A stretch of 64,000 nt of DNA, from NCBI GenBank assembly GCA_033764315.1, contig JANRJA010000191.1, forward strand, positions 21,249 to 85,248. Direction: 5' to 3'. The DNA comes from Oculatellaceae cyanobacterium bins.114 (GTDB taxonomy: Bacteria > Cyanobacteriota > Cyanobacteriia > Elainellales > Elainellaceae). Below are positions 1-9,551 of the stretch, piece after piece. The notes below the pieces were generated by a model. It did not search any database. It was not told the DNA's origin and was given only the letters and a program-made list of their open reading frames with translations. The translations under genes and the position numbers were made by a program. Every line of letters starts with the position of its first letter. Positions within the stretch are counted from its first letter, which is position 1.

Positions 1-468
1 GGCGAACAGCAAATTTCAGAGAGCGAGCAAAGCGGTAGTGGACTGGCAATTGCCATTGGTGCTTTGTTAGATGGTATTCCCGAATCGATCGTGATTGGAG
101 TCAGTCTGATCAGTGGGGGAGCCGTGAGTTGGGTTACAGTTGCTGCCGTCTTTTTGTCTAATATCCCAGAGGGGTTATCTAGTGCAGCAGGGATGAAGCA
201 AGCCAAGCGTTCTTTGAGATATATCTTTGGGGTGTGGGGAGCGATCGCCCTTTCATCAGGGGTTGCCGCTCTAGTTGGATACACCATCTTTAGTCACTTT
301 TCTAATGAAGTGATTGCGGCGACAACAGCCGTTGCAGCCGGTGCAATTTTAGCAATGTTAACAGACACCATGATTCCAGAGGCGTTTGAGCGAGCACACA
401 ATTTTGCTGGGTTAATTACCGTCTTCGGTTTTCTGGTGGCTTTTTGCTTGACCAAACTCAGCGGATGA
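1..468 (+). CDS. ZIP family metal transporter, C-terminal part (gene begins upstream of the window)
   Basis: Frame is open from base 1. Motifs LLDGIPES..IG and VFLSNIPEGLSS, multiple TM helices and AGAILAML..TMIPEA are typical of ZIP/ZupT-like proteins. Confidence 0.85.
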   Translation, partial: GEQQISESEQSGSGLAIAIGALLDGIPESIVIGVSLISGGAVSWVTVAAVFLSNIPEGLSSAAGMKQAKRSLRYIFGVWGAIALSSGVAALVGYTIFSHFSNEVIAATTAVAAGAILAMLTDTMIPEAFERAHNFAGLITVFGFLVAFCLTKLSG

Positions 469-506
469 GGGTTAGTACCTGATCAGATTAGTGTCTAAAC
501 CATTGT

Positions 507-1988
507 CTAACTCTTTGTCAACAACCAAGCGATCGCCCATCCCAGACTAAAGGCCATCCCCGTTAGCCCTATCTCTCGATATCCCATGTTTAGCTGCGAT
601 CGTTGCCAGATTGGCAGGGCTTGCTGACTCTGCTCTGCCTCCTTTAGTGCCTGTTTAAGCAATTGATTTTCTCGCTGTAAACTCGCTGCAAAAAATTGAT
701 AGTCTTGCGTGCTCAAATTCTTACCTTCCGCCCATACCTGTGCTTCTTGCAATGCCTGTCCTTTTAACAACTGAGACTCATCCTCACCGTTGGAGGCTCC
801 CCAAGCACTCAGCAAATCAGCATAGGGTCGCAATGTCATCAGTTGTCGCTCGACCCACTCTGGGTTAAATACTGCCTCATAAATGCGGTTATAGACCTGC
901 AAAAACCCCGATCGTTTTACCACCAACCCCGACAGCAACAACTCTCGCTGTTCAGGGGAGTCATCGACCGCAACTTTGCCCTTGCGCAAAATCTGTTGAT
1001 AGAGGCTGAGCAAGCGACTAGCACGTTGTTCGTTCACTAAAAGGCGATCGCGAATTGTCCGTAAATGAGGGGGTTCATCTTGAGACACCCAGTTCTCAAT
1101 TAAACAAGACTCAATGATCTCGGCCACCTGTTCGGCGATCGCCTTTGGCTCTGACAACAACTTTCGCATCAACGTCTGCATCTGAAAATCAAACTCAGAG
1201 GCGGTGACAGAAGACTCAAAGCTACAATTCTGATTTTGCTCAATGAATTGACAAATCTTTTGCGTTAAAAAAGGCTGTCCTTCAGTCCATGCCAAGATCT
1301 CTTTGAGCACAGTAGCTGGATCATCCACTTTGCCCACCAATCCCCGTTCTAGGGGTTGCACCTCAGTCAAACAAAAGCCATTCAGCTGAATTGCATGACC
1401 AATATTAAAGGGCGTGCGGGTTTTGTCAGCAATCAAATCAGTCGGAGTGGCCACCCCCAACAGCGCAAAGGTAAGGCGGTGCTGTTCATGGCAAGAGCGA
1501 ATTAGAGCAAAAAAATCGTCGGTATCAAACGGCAAATTGAGCGTGCTATCAATTTCGTCAAAAAAGATCACAATTGGTTTTGCTACCAAATCTGGCAATA
1601 CATCGGTCAAAAATTCGCCCAGTCGCCCCACCGCAGAAAAGTCTTGCCGTTCTGCTAGCCATAGCCGCAAGTTGAACTGGTTAGAGATCTGAAAACTGCG
1701 AACCAACCGCATCATGATGTCGGCATACCACTGATCGACCGTGCTCTCTCGATTGCCAATCCCTGATAAGTCCACCGTGGCACACCCGATGCCCTCCATC
1801 TCCAGTCGTTTTGACACCTGAACCCGCAAGCTCGATTTACCCATTTGGCGGCAATTCAACACATAGCAAAATTTCCCCGCTTTGAGAGATGCATAGAGTT
1901 CATTATCCGCTTGCCTTTCCACATAACTAGGGGCATCAACAGGCAACCGACCCCCGACTTGATATTGGTAGGTTGAGCTTGATGACAT
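507..1988 (-). CDS. AAA-like (AAA_35) STAND-type NTPase with a C-terminal hydrophobic tail
   Basis: [17 protein letters not shown], Walker A RQMGKSSL, Walker B IFFDEID, RTPFNIG and [11 protein letters not shown] are hallmark cyanobacterial AAA_35 motifs. Confidence 0.85.
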   Translation of the reverse strand: MSSSSTYQYQVGGRLPVDAPSYVERQADNELYASLKAGKFCYVLNCRQMGKSSLRVQVSKRLEMEGIGCATVDLSGIGNRESTVDQWYADIMMRLVRSFQISNQFNLRLWLAERQDFSAVGRLGEFLTDVLPDLVAKPIVIFFDEIDSTLNLPFDTDDFFALIRSCHEQHRLTFALLGVATPTDLIADKTRTPFNIGHAIQLNGFCLTEVQPLERGLVGKVDDPATVLKEILAWTEGQPFLTQKICQFIEQNQNCSFESSVTASEFDFQMQTLMRKLLSEPKAIAEQVAEIIESCLIENWVSQDEPPHLRTIRDRLLVNEQRASRLLSLYQQILRKGKVAVDDSPEQRELLLSGLVVKRSGFLQVYNRIYEAVFNPEWVERQLMTLRPYADLLSAWGASNGEDESQLLKGQALQEAQVWAEGKNLSTQDYQFFAASLQRENQLLKQALKEAEQSQQALPIWQRSQLNMGYREIGLTGMAFSLGWAIAWLLTKS

Positions 1989-2062
1989 AACTCCTATCCA
2001 TCCGTGCTGTATGCTGTGAAAAGCTGACCCATATAAATCGTTAACGACTTAAGTTAAGACTC

Positions 2063-3460
2063 ATGCCAGAGAAGGATAGCGATCGCCCCATATCCTTTGA
2101 AGTTGCTCTCAAGGTGGCTGATGCAGCCGTGTTTGCCAAGACCTCCAGGCATCTTAAAACCATTGAAGTAACTGTCTTACAAGGAGTGTGGCTGGGATAT
2201 AAGTACGATCAGATCGCCGAAGAAAATGGGTATACACCCGAATATATTAAACACGATGTCGGCCCTACATTATGGCAGTTACTTTCCTCTAGCCTGGGGG
2301 AAAAAGTCAGTAAGACTAATCTAATCGCTGTTTTGGTTCGTAAGGCAACTACAGAGGATGACAAACAGGCTGAGCCGCCGTCGAGCAGCATCCGATTGGC
2401 AGAGTTAGAGTCGCCCGTGGGATTGGTTCCCCTGGACTCAAAGTTTTACATCGATCGCCCTCCCATTGAAACCCATTGTTACGAAGAAATTACCCATCCT
2501 GGTGCTCTCATTCGCATCAAAGCACCTAGTCAAATGGGCAAAACCTCACTCATGGTGCGCATTCTGGCTCACGCCAGACAACAGCCTTTTGCCTCAGACC
2601 CAACAAAAGCTGTCTCAACCGTTGTCCTCAGTTTACAGCAGGCAGATAGTGCCGTATTTGCAGACATTGATCGGTTTTTGCGGTGGTTTTGTGCCGCTAT
2701 TACCCGCAAGCTACAAATTTCGCATCGAGTTGATGATTTTTGGAGTGCTACCTTTGGCAGCAAGAGCAACTGCACTGCCTACTTTGAAGACTGTGTACTG
2801 TCTGTCATCAACGGCCCGTTGATCATTGCACTCGATCAAGTGGATGAGATGTTTTCCCATCCTGAAATTGCAGATGACTTTTTTGCGCTGCTCCGGTCTT
2901 GGTATGAAGAATCGGCCTATGGAGACAGTGGCAATTTGCTGTGGCAACATCTCCGGTTGGTGATTGTGCACTCAACCGAGGTTTATCTGCCACTGGATAT
3001 TAATAAATCTCCATTTAATGTGGGAGTGGCGATCGAACTCAAAGAATTTACCGCAGAACAAGTGTCTGATCTAGCCCAACGCCACGGTCTGACACTGTCT
3101 CAGCCTGATCTAACGGCGTTAATGCAACTCATCTCCGGGCATCCCTTTTTGCTACGACGAGCGTTTTATCACCTGGCCCAACAAGAGCTAACCCTGAGTC
3201 AGCTTTTAGAAACGGCTGCCACTCATGCTGGTATTTATCGAGATCATTTACATCGACATCTGCGAAATCTGCAAGAACATCCGCCTTTAGCAACTGCATT
3301 TGAAAAAGTAATTCAAACCTCAGAGCCAGTTGAGTTAGAGCAAATCCTGGCATTTAAGTTACACAGCATGGGGTTAGTTTCGTTACGGGGTAACCATGTC
3401 GTGCCCAGTTGCGAACTATATCGACATTATTTTAGAGTGCATTTAGCGATCGCCCCTTAA
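2063..3460 (+). CDS. N-terminal HTH plus AAA_35 domain protein, putative regulator
   Basis: N-terminal L..IEVTVLQGVWLG.KYDQIAE...Y..EYIK.DVGP.LW.LLS..LGEKVSK is HTH-like. Also IKAPSQMGKTSL Walker A, IIALDQVD Walker B, SPFNVG and GHPFLLR. Confidence 0.85.
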   Translation: MPEKDSDRPISFEVALKVADAAVFAKTSRHLKTIEVTVLQGVWLGYKYDQIAEENGYTPEYIKHDVGPTLWQLLSSSLGEKVSKTNLIAVLVRKATTEDDKQAEPPSSSIRLAELESPVGLVPLDSKFYIDRPPIETHCYEEITHPGALIRIKAPSQMGKTSLMVRILAHARQQPFASDPTKAVSTVVLSLQQADSAVFADIDRFLRWFCAAITRKLQISHRVDDFWSATFGSKSNCTAYFEDCVLSVINGPLIIALDQVDEMFSHPEIADDFFALLRSWYEESAYGDSGNLLWQHLRLVIVHSTEVYLPLDINKSPFNVGVAIELKEFTAEQVSDLAQRHGLTLSQPDLTALMQLISGHPFLLRRAFYHLAQQELTLSQLLETAATHAGIYRDHLHRHLRNLQEHPPLATAFEKVIQTSEPVELEQILAFKLHSMGLVSLRGNHVVPSCELYRHYFRVHLAIAP

Positions 3461-3495
3461 GCAGTAATGATTTGAGCTGCAATGATGTGATCAGC

Positions 3496-3548
3496 AAAAA
3501 AAATGGTGTCTTGAAGCCTGTACTTCTCAGGGAGTTCAAAACACCATT
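3496..3548 (-). terminator. Probable intrinsic terminator for the DUF4278 cluster, possibly bidirectional
   Basis: Imperfect inverted repeat AATGGTGTCTTGAA...TTCAAAACACCATT preceded by an A-run on the + strand, i.e. a U-tract after the hairpin on the - strand. It lies between convergent genes. Confidence 0.5.
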
Positions 3549-3698
3549 CCATTGCCGTCGCCACAACGGTTCTTTTGCAGTCCTAAATCCTGGATTAGAT
3601 GTAGTGATGTCCTATTCATTAGAACTGTCATTAAGAGTGAAATATTTGCATTGAAGTCTCTACTTAAACTCTCTACAAATACTTCAGTCTTACTCAAT

Positions 3699-3902
3699 TT
3701 AGTCAAATGCTGGAGTCAACGTTTTTCGATAAAAAACACCTCGGTAACACAGAGAAGTTACACCAGAAACGGTGGTTTTAGGTGCGACAAAAGCAACACT
3801 CATTTTGATGCCACGGTAGATGCACAAAGGCTGAAGGTTAGACACCTGAGTTGGCTCAGAGTCAGGATAGTTATACGTTTGACCACGATAGGTGAGTTGC
3901 AT
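3699..3902 (-). CDS. DUF4278 family small protein
   Basis: MQLTYRGQTY start with repeated YRG motifs; AGGAG RBS upstream. Confidence 0.8.
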   Translation of the reverse strand: MQLTYRGQTYNYPDSEPTQVSNLQPLCIYRGIKMSVAFVAPKTTVSGVTSLCYRGVFYRKTLTPAFD

Positions 3903-4066
3903 GTTGAATGACTCCTGATGTCGATGTGAGGGTGAGTGAGATTAGAATACGTCCCGGTTTTTGTAGAAGTGAGGCATTTACACAATCGCTGTAGATTGTC
4001 TGCACGATATGTCTGCACAATCAATTGTTAAACACCACAGGTTGCACATGAACTGTAAAGCGGCTT

Positions 4067-4252
4067 TTACGATGCCTGAAAACGCCAATTAATGGCACGA
4101 GGAGCAACATAGGGTTGCTCAACTCTGGGCTGATCATTGTTGTAGGTTACTCCTGGAGCTTGAAAACGCCAGTGAATGGCACGAGGAGCAACATAGGGCA
4201 ATACAGGAGAGTCAGTAGATTCAATGATTTGAGCGCGATAAATGAGTTGCAT
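4067..4252 (-). CDS. DUF4278-like small protein with an internal PYVAPRAI.WRFQA repeat
   Basis: MQLIYRA start, GAGGA RBS and an internal duplicated 14-aa motif. Confidence 0.7.
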   Translation of the reverse strand: MQLIYRAQIIESTDSPVLPYVAPRAIHWRFQAPGVTYNNDQPRVEQPYVAPRAINWRFQAS

Positions 4253-4306
4253 GATTCAAAATCCTCTTGAAGTGACAATTGATTGAAATGATGAGGTGAA
4301 TAATTT

Positions 4307-4510
4307 TTAGTTAAACAGTGGAGTCAGTGTTCTCAGGTAAGAGATACCGCGATAGCTCAGAGATGCCACACTGGGAATAGTGGTCTTGGGCGCAGCAGGG
4401 GCAACACTAGTTTTGACACCACGATAGATCCGCAAAGGTTGAAGGGTAGAAACTTGAACTGGTTCAGAGTAAGGATAGCTGTAGGTCTGACCACGATAGA
4501 TAAGTTGCAT
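4307..4510 (-). CDS. DUF4278 family small protein, paralogue of 3699-3902
   Basis: MQLIYRGQTY start; colinear 67-aa paralogue; AGGAG RBS. Confidence 0.8.
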   Translation of the reverse strand: MQLIYRGQTYSYPYSEPVQVSTLQPLRIYRGVKTSVAPAAPKTTIPSVASLSYRGISYLRTLTPLFN

Positions 4511-4584
4511 CTTGAATTACTCCTGATATAAGTGTGAGGACGTTAGTCTGAGTAGCGTAGCCGAGGAGAAAAAGAGAAAAGAAT

Positions 4585-4860
4585 TCATGGATTAGAGTGC
4601 ATTGCCCCTTGCGCCGCAATTTGGGTGAGTTGGGCAACACTTTGTGAGAGTTTGACCGTTCCCCAGGTCACTGTGAACAGGCTAAAGATCAGTAACATCG
4701 CGATGACACTGCTACTGACCAAAGCTAATCCTTTTCCTGCGGTGCTAGAGGATGAAGCAATTGCTTCTGTTGGCTCTAACGTTTCTTCTCGGATGATGGT
4801 TGTCCACTCAGAAGAGTTAGTAGGCCAGCAATTGAGAGAGGAGTCGGAGTAGCGTTCCAT
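4585..4860 (-). CDS. Small hypothetical single-pass membrane protein
   Basis: ATG-started 91-aa ORF with one hydrophobic segment (LALVSSSVIAMLLIFSLFTVTWG), co-oriented with the DUF4278 genes. Confidence 0.55.
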   Translation of the reverse strand: MERYSDSSLNCWPTNSSEWTTIIREETLEPTEAIASSSSTAGKGLALVSSSVIAMLLIFSLFTVTWGTVKLSQSVAQLTQIAAQGAMHSNP

Positions 4861-5240
4861 AGCGGGTTGGGGTGGTTGACTTCGATACTCTATTTATAAG
4901 AGTTGCCTCTCTTCTTTTCGATATGGAAAAGTTAAGGACTTTCACCCCAAAAAGTTAAGTCGAGAGTCGCAGAGCCTTCCTAACTTTTTTCAATGGACTC
5001 CTGCAATTAGCCCAAAAATACAGCGGTTGCGACTTGTATAAGCCACACATGCTCATCCACTCATCCACACTGCATATTTTGGGTTTACTCATCCAAAAAT
5101 CGCTGTAACTTTCGGGGCAAGTGAGCAACGAAGCAATCAACCTTTCAGAACTTTTGTCAGTCAAGCAGGCCAAATCTCTAATCTATCCCCTGAACACATC
5201 ACCCCTCAAGTGGTTAGCTTGACGAGTGCTATAGATGGCT

Positions 5241-6212
5241 TTAGAAAGTTGGTGCAAATCCGGTGAGGGGTTGTTGAGCAAAGTCCCAGAACACAGAAGA
5301 TTCAGAGGGCGATCGCAGCACGAGTTGATGGGTGGGTTCCACGGTGCCAATCACCTCGCACACCAAGTCTCGCTGACGAAAGTGGGCTTGCACTTCACTC
5401 ACGCGATCGCCCCGAACACTCAACAAAAATCCGTAGCTAGGAAAGCTAACCAACCAGCGATCGAGGGCTAACCCTGCCGGACAAGGCACTTGATCCACAT
5501 TCAGCACTGCGCCACAGTTGGAGGTTTCTAACAACATCAGCAACGTCCCGACAATACCACCCATACTGATGTCTTTTCCCGCATTACACAAACCAGATTC
5601 AGCCAAGTCTGGCAACAGAGCAAGGTCAGCCCGCAGTTGTGTGGGTTCGGCTCTCGTAGCAGCATCCCAGAAGGGATATTTGGGGTGAGGTTTACCGCGA
5701 AAGTCGATCGCCACCATCAAGGCATCACCGGGTTGGGCGTTGAAGCTGGTGATCAATTGCTTGGCTCGTCCTAAAATTGCCACCGACAGGGCAGTATAAG
5801 GGCTATGGCAATTGGTATGTCCCCCGACGATGGGCACGTTATAGGTTTGTGCTGCCGCTATCATGCCCTGCCAGATCGGTTTTGTTGCCTCAGCAGAAGT
5901 GCTCCAAAGGGCATCAACAACCGCGATCGGGCGACCTCCCATCGCGTAAATGTCGCTGATGTTGACTAGCACTCCACACCATCCAGCAAACCAGGGTTCT
6001 GACTCCACCAACAACGGCAGCATACCCTCCGCTGCAAATAAGAGATAGCCATCCCCATCAGGAATTGCAGCACAGTCATCCCCCAGTTGAATGGCATCTG
6101 TCCCAATCTTTAAACGATTTAAATTCAAACTATGTGATGCCGTTTGAATGTCTTGTTTGTGGAGGATGCCGAGAGATTGTCGCAACTGCTTAGTCAGAGC
6201 TGATAGCGTCAT
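5241..6212 (-). CDS. nitF: Sll0787 family AIR-synthase-like protein (Nit1C cluster)
   Basis: LGDDCAAI, WFAGWCGVLVNISDIYAMGGRP, VGGHTN and KDISMGG motifs; position in the Nit1C operon. Confidence 0.88.
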   Translation of the reverse strand: MTLSALTKQLRQSLGILHKQDIQTASHSLNLNRLKIGTDAIQLGDDCAAIPDGDGYLLFAAEGMLPLLVESEPWFAGWCGVLVNISDIYAMGGRPIAVVDALWSTSAEATKPIWQGMIAAAQTYNVPIVGGHTNCHSPYTALSVAILGRAKQLITSFNAQPGDALMVAIDFRGKPHPKYPFWDAATRAEPTQLRADLALLPDLAESGLCNAGKDISMGGIVGTLLMLLETSNCGAVLNVDQVPCPAGLALDRWLVSFPSYGFLLSVRGDRVSEVQAHFRQRDLVCEVIGTVEPTHQLVLRSPSESSVFWDFAQQPLTGFAPTF

Positions 6213-6277
6213 AGTTTTCGCTGTTCTAAATCTCGCTATTCTAAATAATCTCGCTATTCTAAATAAATAGGTGGTTT

Positions 6278-6344
6278 AGATCCCCAGTTTTTTGTTGGAG
6301 CCAGATTAAAGGGGTCTGCTTGCATCACCCAAAACCGGGGATCT
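6278..6344. repeat. 67-bp element with AGATCCCCAGTTT/AAACCGGGGATCT terminal inverted repeats (REP/MITE-like)
   Basis: Same ends and same length at 34466-34532; variant at 8266-8333. Confidence 0.7.
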
Positions 6345-6618
6345 GGAATCGTTACATATGGGGTAGTTGTTGCTTTGTCTGTTGAGCAAAAACCGGACTT
6401 GGGGGAATCATCCCCCAAACCCCCAACTGAGAGACAAAATTTGTCCCTCAGACTCCCTCGATACGAGATGGTAAAGAGGCAGTATGGCGCGCTTCGCATC
6501 TATAGCCAGTTCGGGTGCTTGCTTCGCTCTATCTTGCCCCTTGCCCGCTGTCTCTCCCTTGACTTTCATCCTTCAGTACAAACACGATTAATCGCGTCTC
6601 TGCCTGCCCCTTGCTCCT

Positions 6619-7137
6619 TTAAGAGGCTTCTTTGGCAGAGAAAGGCAGTATGGGGCGTGGTTCAGCAGTAGGTGGATAATACTCTAAATCAGCTTCCATC
6701 AGGTGATGGGGGCGATCGCACACGCTGATTTCGTCAAGCGATCGCCAATGCCACCGTTGAAAAAAGCGAACATTTTGTAGTTGCACCGTTGCCAAAAATT
6801 GATGACACCCCCAAGTGTTAGCCGTGGTGACAGCTTTATAAATTAACCCTTTACCAATTTGTCCGACCCGGCGATAGTCAGGGTGAACCCCCAACCGTCC
6901 ACCATACCAAAGCCCTGGTTCTGGTTCATAAATTCGCACGACCCCCACAACCATAGTAGTAAAGGGTGTGTCATGGGCGATCGCCACAATGGGATAGGCA
7001 TACTGGTCAATTTCGTCCATGTCGCTGTCGCCAAACAATCCCTGCTCTTGGCAAAAAATTGATCGGCGCAAAGCGAAGTAGGCATGGATATCACTGGGAG
7101 AAACGGCGAGCTTAAACGTGTAACGCTGCGAGATCAT
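6619..7137 (-). CDS. nitE: MSMEG_0567/Sll0786 family GNAT N-acetyltransferase (Nit1C cluster)
   Basis: Likely ATG at 7137 (MISQRYTFK). LRRSIFCQEQGLF, WYGGRLGVHPDYRR and FLATVQLQNV motifs. Confidence 0.85.
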   Translation of the reverse strand: MISQRYTFKLAVSPSDIHAYFALRRSIFCQEQGLFGDSDMDEIDQYAYPIVAIAHDTPFTTMVVGVVRIYEPEPGLWYGGRLGVHPDYRRVGQIGKGLIYKAVTTANTWGCHQFLATVQLQNVRFFQRWHWRSLDEISVCDRPHHLMEADLEYYPPTAEPRPILPFSAKEAS

Positions 7138-8236
7138 GGCTAGTTTTTGAGGAATTGGACTCAAAAGTGGACAAAGCAGAACAAGCACCACACTTTGCAC
7201 AACCCGCTTTGATATCAGCAGACGCCATGCCTGAGTGACGGAGGCGATCGCCGACGTGTTGATACAAAGCAAACATAAAATCACTGGTGGGAGCAGGATG
7301 TTGCGCCAGTGGAGTGTTAGTAATCGGCACAAAGGGCACCACAAAGGGATAAACACCCAATTCAATCAGGCGATCGCACATCTCCGTCAACGTTTCGAGT
7401 GAGTCCCCTAACCCTGCCAACAAATAAGTGCTAACCTGCCCCCACCCAAATACCTCAACAGCCGCCTCAAATGCCTGCAAATAGGTGTCTACAGACACCG
7501 TCGCTTTCCCTGGCATAATGCGGGCACGTACTGCTGGATCAACCGCTTCCAGGTGCATGCCTAAACTGTCAATCCCAGCCGCTTTCATTCGGGCAAACCA
7601 GGCAAAATCATCAGGGGGTTCACATTGCGCCTGTATCGGCAAATTCACCCGCGCTTTGATGGCTTTGGCACATTCTGTCAAATACGCCGCTCCGCGATCG
7701 CTCGTATTGGGGGTGCCTGTCGTCATAATCATATGTTTCACCCCATCCAACCGCACCGCAGCCTCTGCCACTTCTGCCAGTTGTGCTGGAGTCTTGCGGG
7801 CGATCGTCCGATCGGCATCCAGTGACTTCTCAATGGCACAAAACTGACAGGCCGTTGCCGCATCCCGGTACCGCATACAGGTTTGCAACACCGTTGTTGC
7901 CAACACATCGTGACTATGCAACAGGGCAATCTTCCAGTAGGGAATGCCATCAGCGGTCGTCAGGTTATAAAACTGCGGTTGCTGCGGAAACTGAATCGGT
8001 GCGATCGCCTCTCCTGCCCGTTCAAGCATCACCTGATCCGTCGTCGAAAGCATCGCGGTATAAGGCGATTGAGCCGCTGTATCCGTAAAGACAGGCACCA
8101 TCACCGTTGTTCCATCCACTGTCACCGCTTTATGATCCGATGGGCCTGCGCCACCTCGCCGACCAGATGCGCCCACCTCTTCCACTAATCGGAGTCCGTG
8201 CGATTGTAATTCTGTGATGATGCGTTGTTTGTCCAT
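7112..8236 (-). CDS. nitD: MSMEG_0568 family radical SAM protein (Nit1C cluster)
   Basis: RRGGAGPSDHKA, Cx9Cx2C (CMRYRDAATACQFC) and C-terminal CAKCGAC. Confidence 0.9.
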   Translation of the reverse strand: MDKQRIITELQSHGLRLVEEVGASGRRGGAGPSDHKAVTVDGTTVMVPVFTDTAAQSPYTAMLSTTDQVMLERAGEAIAPIQFPQQPQFYNLTTADGIPYWKIALLHSHDVLATTVLQTCMRYRDAATACQFCAIEKSLDADRTIARKTPAQLAEVAEAAVRLDGVKHMIMTTGTPNTSDRGAAYLTECAKAIKARVNLPIQAQCEPPDDFAWFARMKAAGIDSLGMHLEAVDPAVRARIMPGKATVSVDTYLQAFEAAVEVFGWGQVSTYLLAGLGDSLETLTEMCDRLIELGVYPFVVPFVPITNTPLAQHPAPTSDFMFALYQHVGDRLRHSGMASADIKAGCAKCGACSALSTFESNSSKTSHDLAALHV

Positions 8237-8265
8237 GTGAATTGTTAGGAATGTGAGATATCGCT

Positions 8266-8333
8266 CGATCTCCGACTTCTATGATGAAAACTTGAATGGG
8301 TTTAGCTAAAACGAATTCAGAAGTCGGAGATCT
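8266..8333. repeat. Inverted-repeat element GATCTCCGACTTCT...AGAAGTCGGAGATC
   Basis: 14-bp perfect inverted repeat, about 68 bp long; related to 6278-6344 and 34466-34532. Confidence 0.7.
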
Positions 8334-8349
8334 GGTCTAGGTGATCGAA

Positions 8350-9378
8350 CTACAGATTGTGGGTCGGGGAGGGAGATGGCATCTGCCCTTCAGGGTTTAA
8401 CTGATATTCAACTGATGCAACCATTCCGTTTTGTGGAGCGTCACCACCCGTGTTAATCAGGTGCGATCGCGCCTCCATATTCAGGTGCAGTTGCAGCAAA
8501 TCGGGTCGTGCATAGTGCCCCACCGAATCCATCATGCGTTTGCGTTTGGTAATCAGTGAAAAGTCGAGATCAGCGATCGCCATACCTTCACCGTCAGTAA
8601 TTGCAGCACAGAGATGATTGCCTTCTGGGCCAATAATGGCAGTGTTACACCCACCTGTTAGCACCCGTTGCAATTTCTCATCTGGGGTAATTTGCTGTAC
8701 CTGTTCTGGAGACAGCCACGCAGTAGCATTGACCACAAAACACCCTGCTTCCAGGGCATGATGGCGAATGGTCACTTCAATCTGATCGGCAAAAATTTGC
8801 CCCACCATCGAACCCGGAAATTGAGAACAGTGGATCTGCTCGTGTTGCGCCATGAGAGTAAATCGGGCCAGCGGGTTGTAATGTTCCCAACAAGCCAGTG
8901 CACCCAACTTGCCCACAGCGGTATCAAGCACCTTCAACCCCGATCCGTCTCCCTGTCCCCAGACCATCCGTTCGTGATAGGTTGGTGTAATCTTGCGGCG
9001 ACGCATCAACAATGTGCCATCCGCGTCAAACACGAGTTGAGTATTGTAGAGCGACCCGTTATCTCGCTCATTCACCCCCAACACAACAACCACTCCATAC
9101 GAGCGGGCCGCTCGACCCACCGCATCTGTGACTGGCCCTGGAACCGTCACCGCTTCTTCATATAGCCGCATGTGCTCTTTCCCCATCAGCACTGGAGGCT
9201 GCACAAACGAAAAATAGGGGTAATAAGGTACTACAGTTTCAGGAAAAACCACCAACTGTGCCCCTGCCTGTGCAGCTTGGGCGATCGCCTGCAACACTTT
9301 TTCCACCGTGCCATCTCGGCTAAACAATACCGGACTCAACTGCACTGCTGCTGCCCGAACCGTACGTGCGTAATCCAT
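8350..9378 (-). CDS. nitC: Nit6803 (Sll0784)-type nitrilase
   Basis: Glu-Lys-Cys triad motifs [25 protein letters not shown] and [15 protein letters not shown]. Confidence 0.93.
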   Translation of the reverse strand: MDYARTVRAAAVQLSPVLFSRDGTVEKVLQAIAQAAQAGAQLVVFPETVVPYYPYFSFVQPPVLMGKEHMRLYEEAVTVPGPVTDAVGRAARSYGVVVVLGVNERDNGSLYNTQLVFDADGTLLMRRRKITPTYHERMVWGQGDGSGLKVLDTAVGKLGALACWEHYNPLARFTLMAQHEQIHCSQFPGSMVGQIFADQIEVTIRHHALEAGCFVVNATAWLSPEQVQQITPDEKLQRVLTGGCNTAIIGPEGNHLCAAITDGEGMAIADLDFSLITKRKRMMDSVGHYARPDLLQLHLNMEARSHLINTGGDAPQNGMVASVEYQLNPEGQMPSPSPTHNL

Positions 9379-9551
9379 AAGAGGAAAAAAGAAGAGAGAA
9401 AAAAGAAGAAAGAAAGAGAGAGAAAAGAAGAAAGAAAAAAGAAGGAACAGAACTTAGAGAATACAGAAAACAAAGAAAGGCATGATGTGTTGAATCACTC
9501 ACAGGAAGCTCAGTTTATTCTTCTTTTTTCCTTCTTCTCTCTTCATTCTTT
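9379..9551. repeat. Polypurine tract followed by a complementary polypyrimidine tract (low-complexity inverted repeat)
   Basis: About 68 bases of only A/G from 9379, then a T/C-rich tract at about 9513-9551. Confidence 0.8.

Noticed and set aside
3903-4066. Possible glutamine riboswitch or ncRNA between the DUF4278 genes
   Set aside because: The riboswitch core could not be matched by eye; only a short TGTCTGCAC direct repeat is present.
4955-5173. 72-aa ORF downstream of nitF as a candidate nitG
   Set aside because: TTG start and no resemblance to the MSMEG_0570-type MPE..F...WPDG pattern; it overlaps a probable promoter region.
6619-7365. 248-aa version of the GNAT ORF
   Set aside because: The extension overlaps the radical SAM gene by about 250 bp on the same strand; family similarity begins at ATG 7137.
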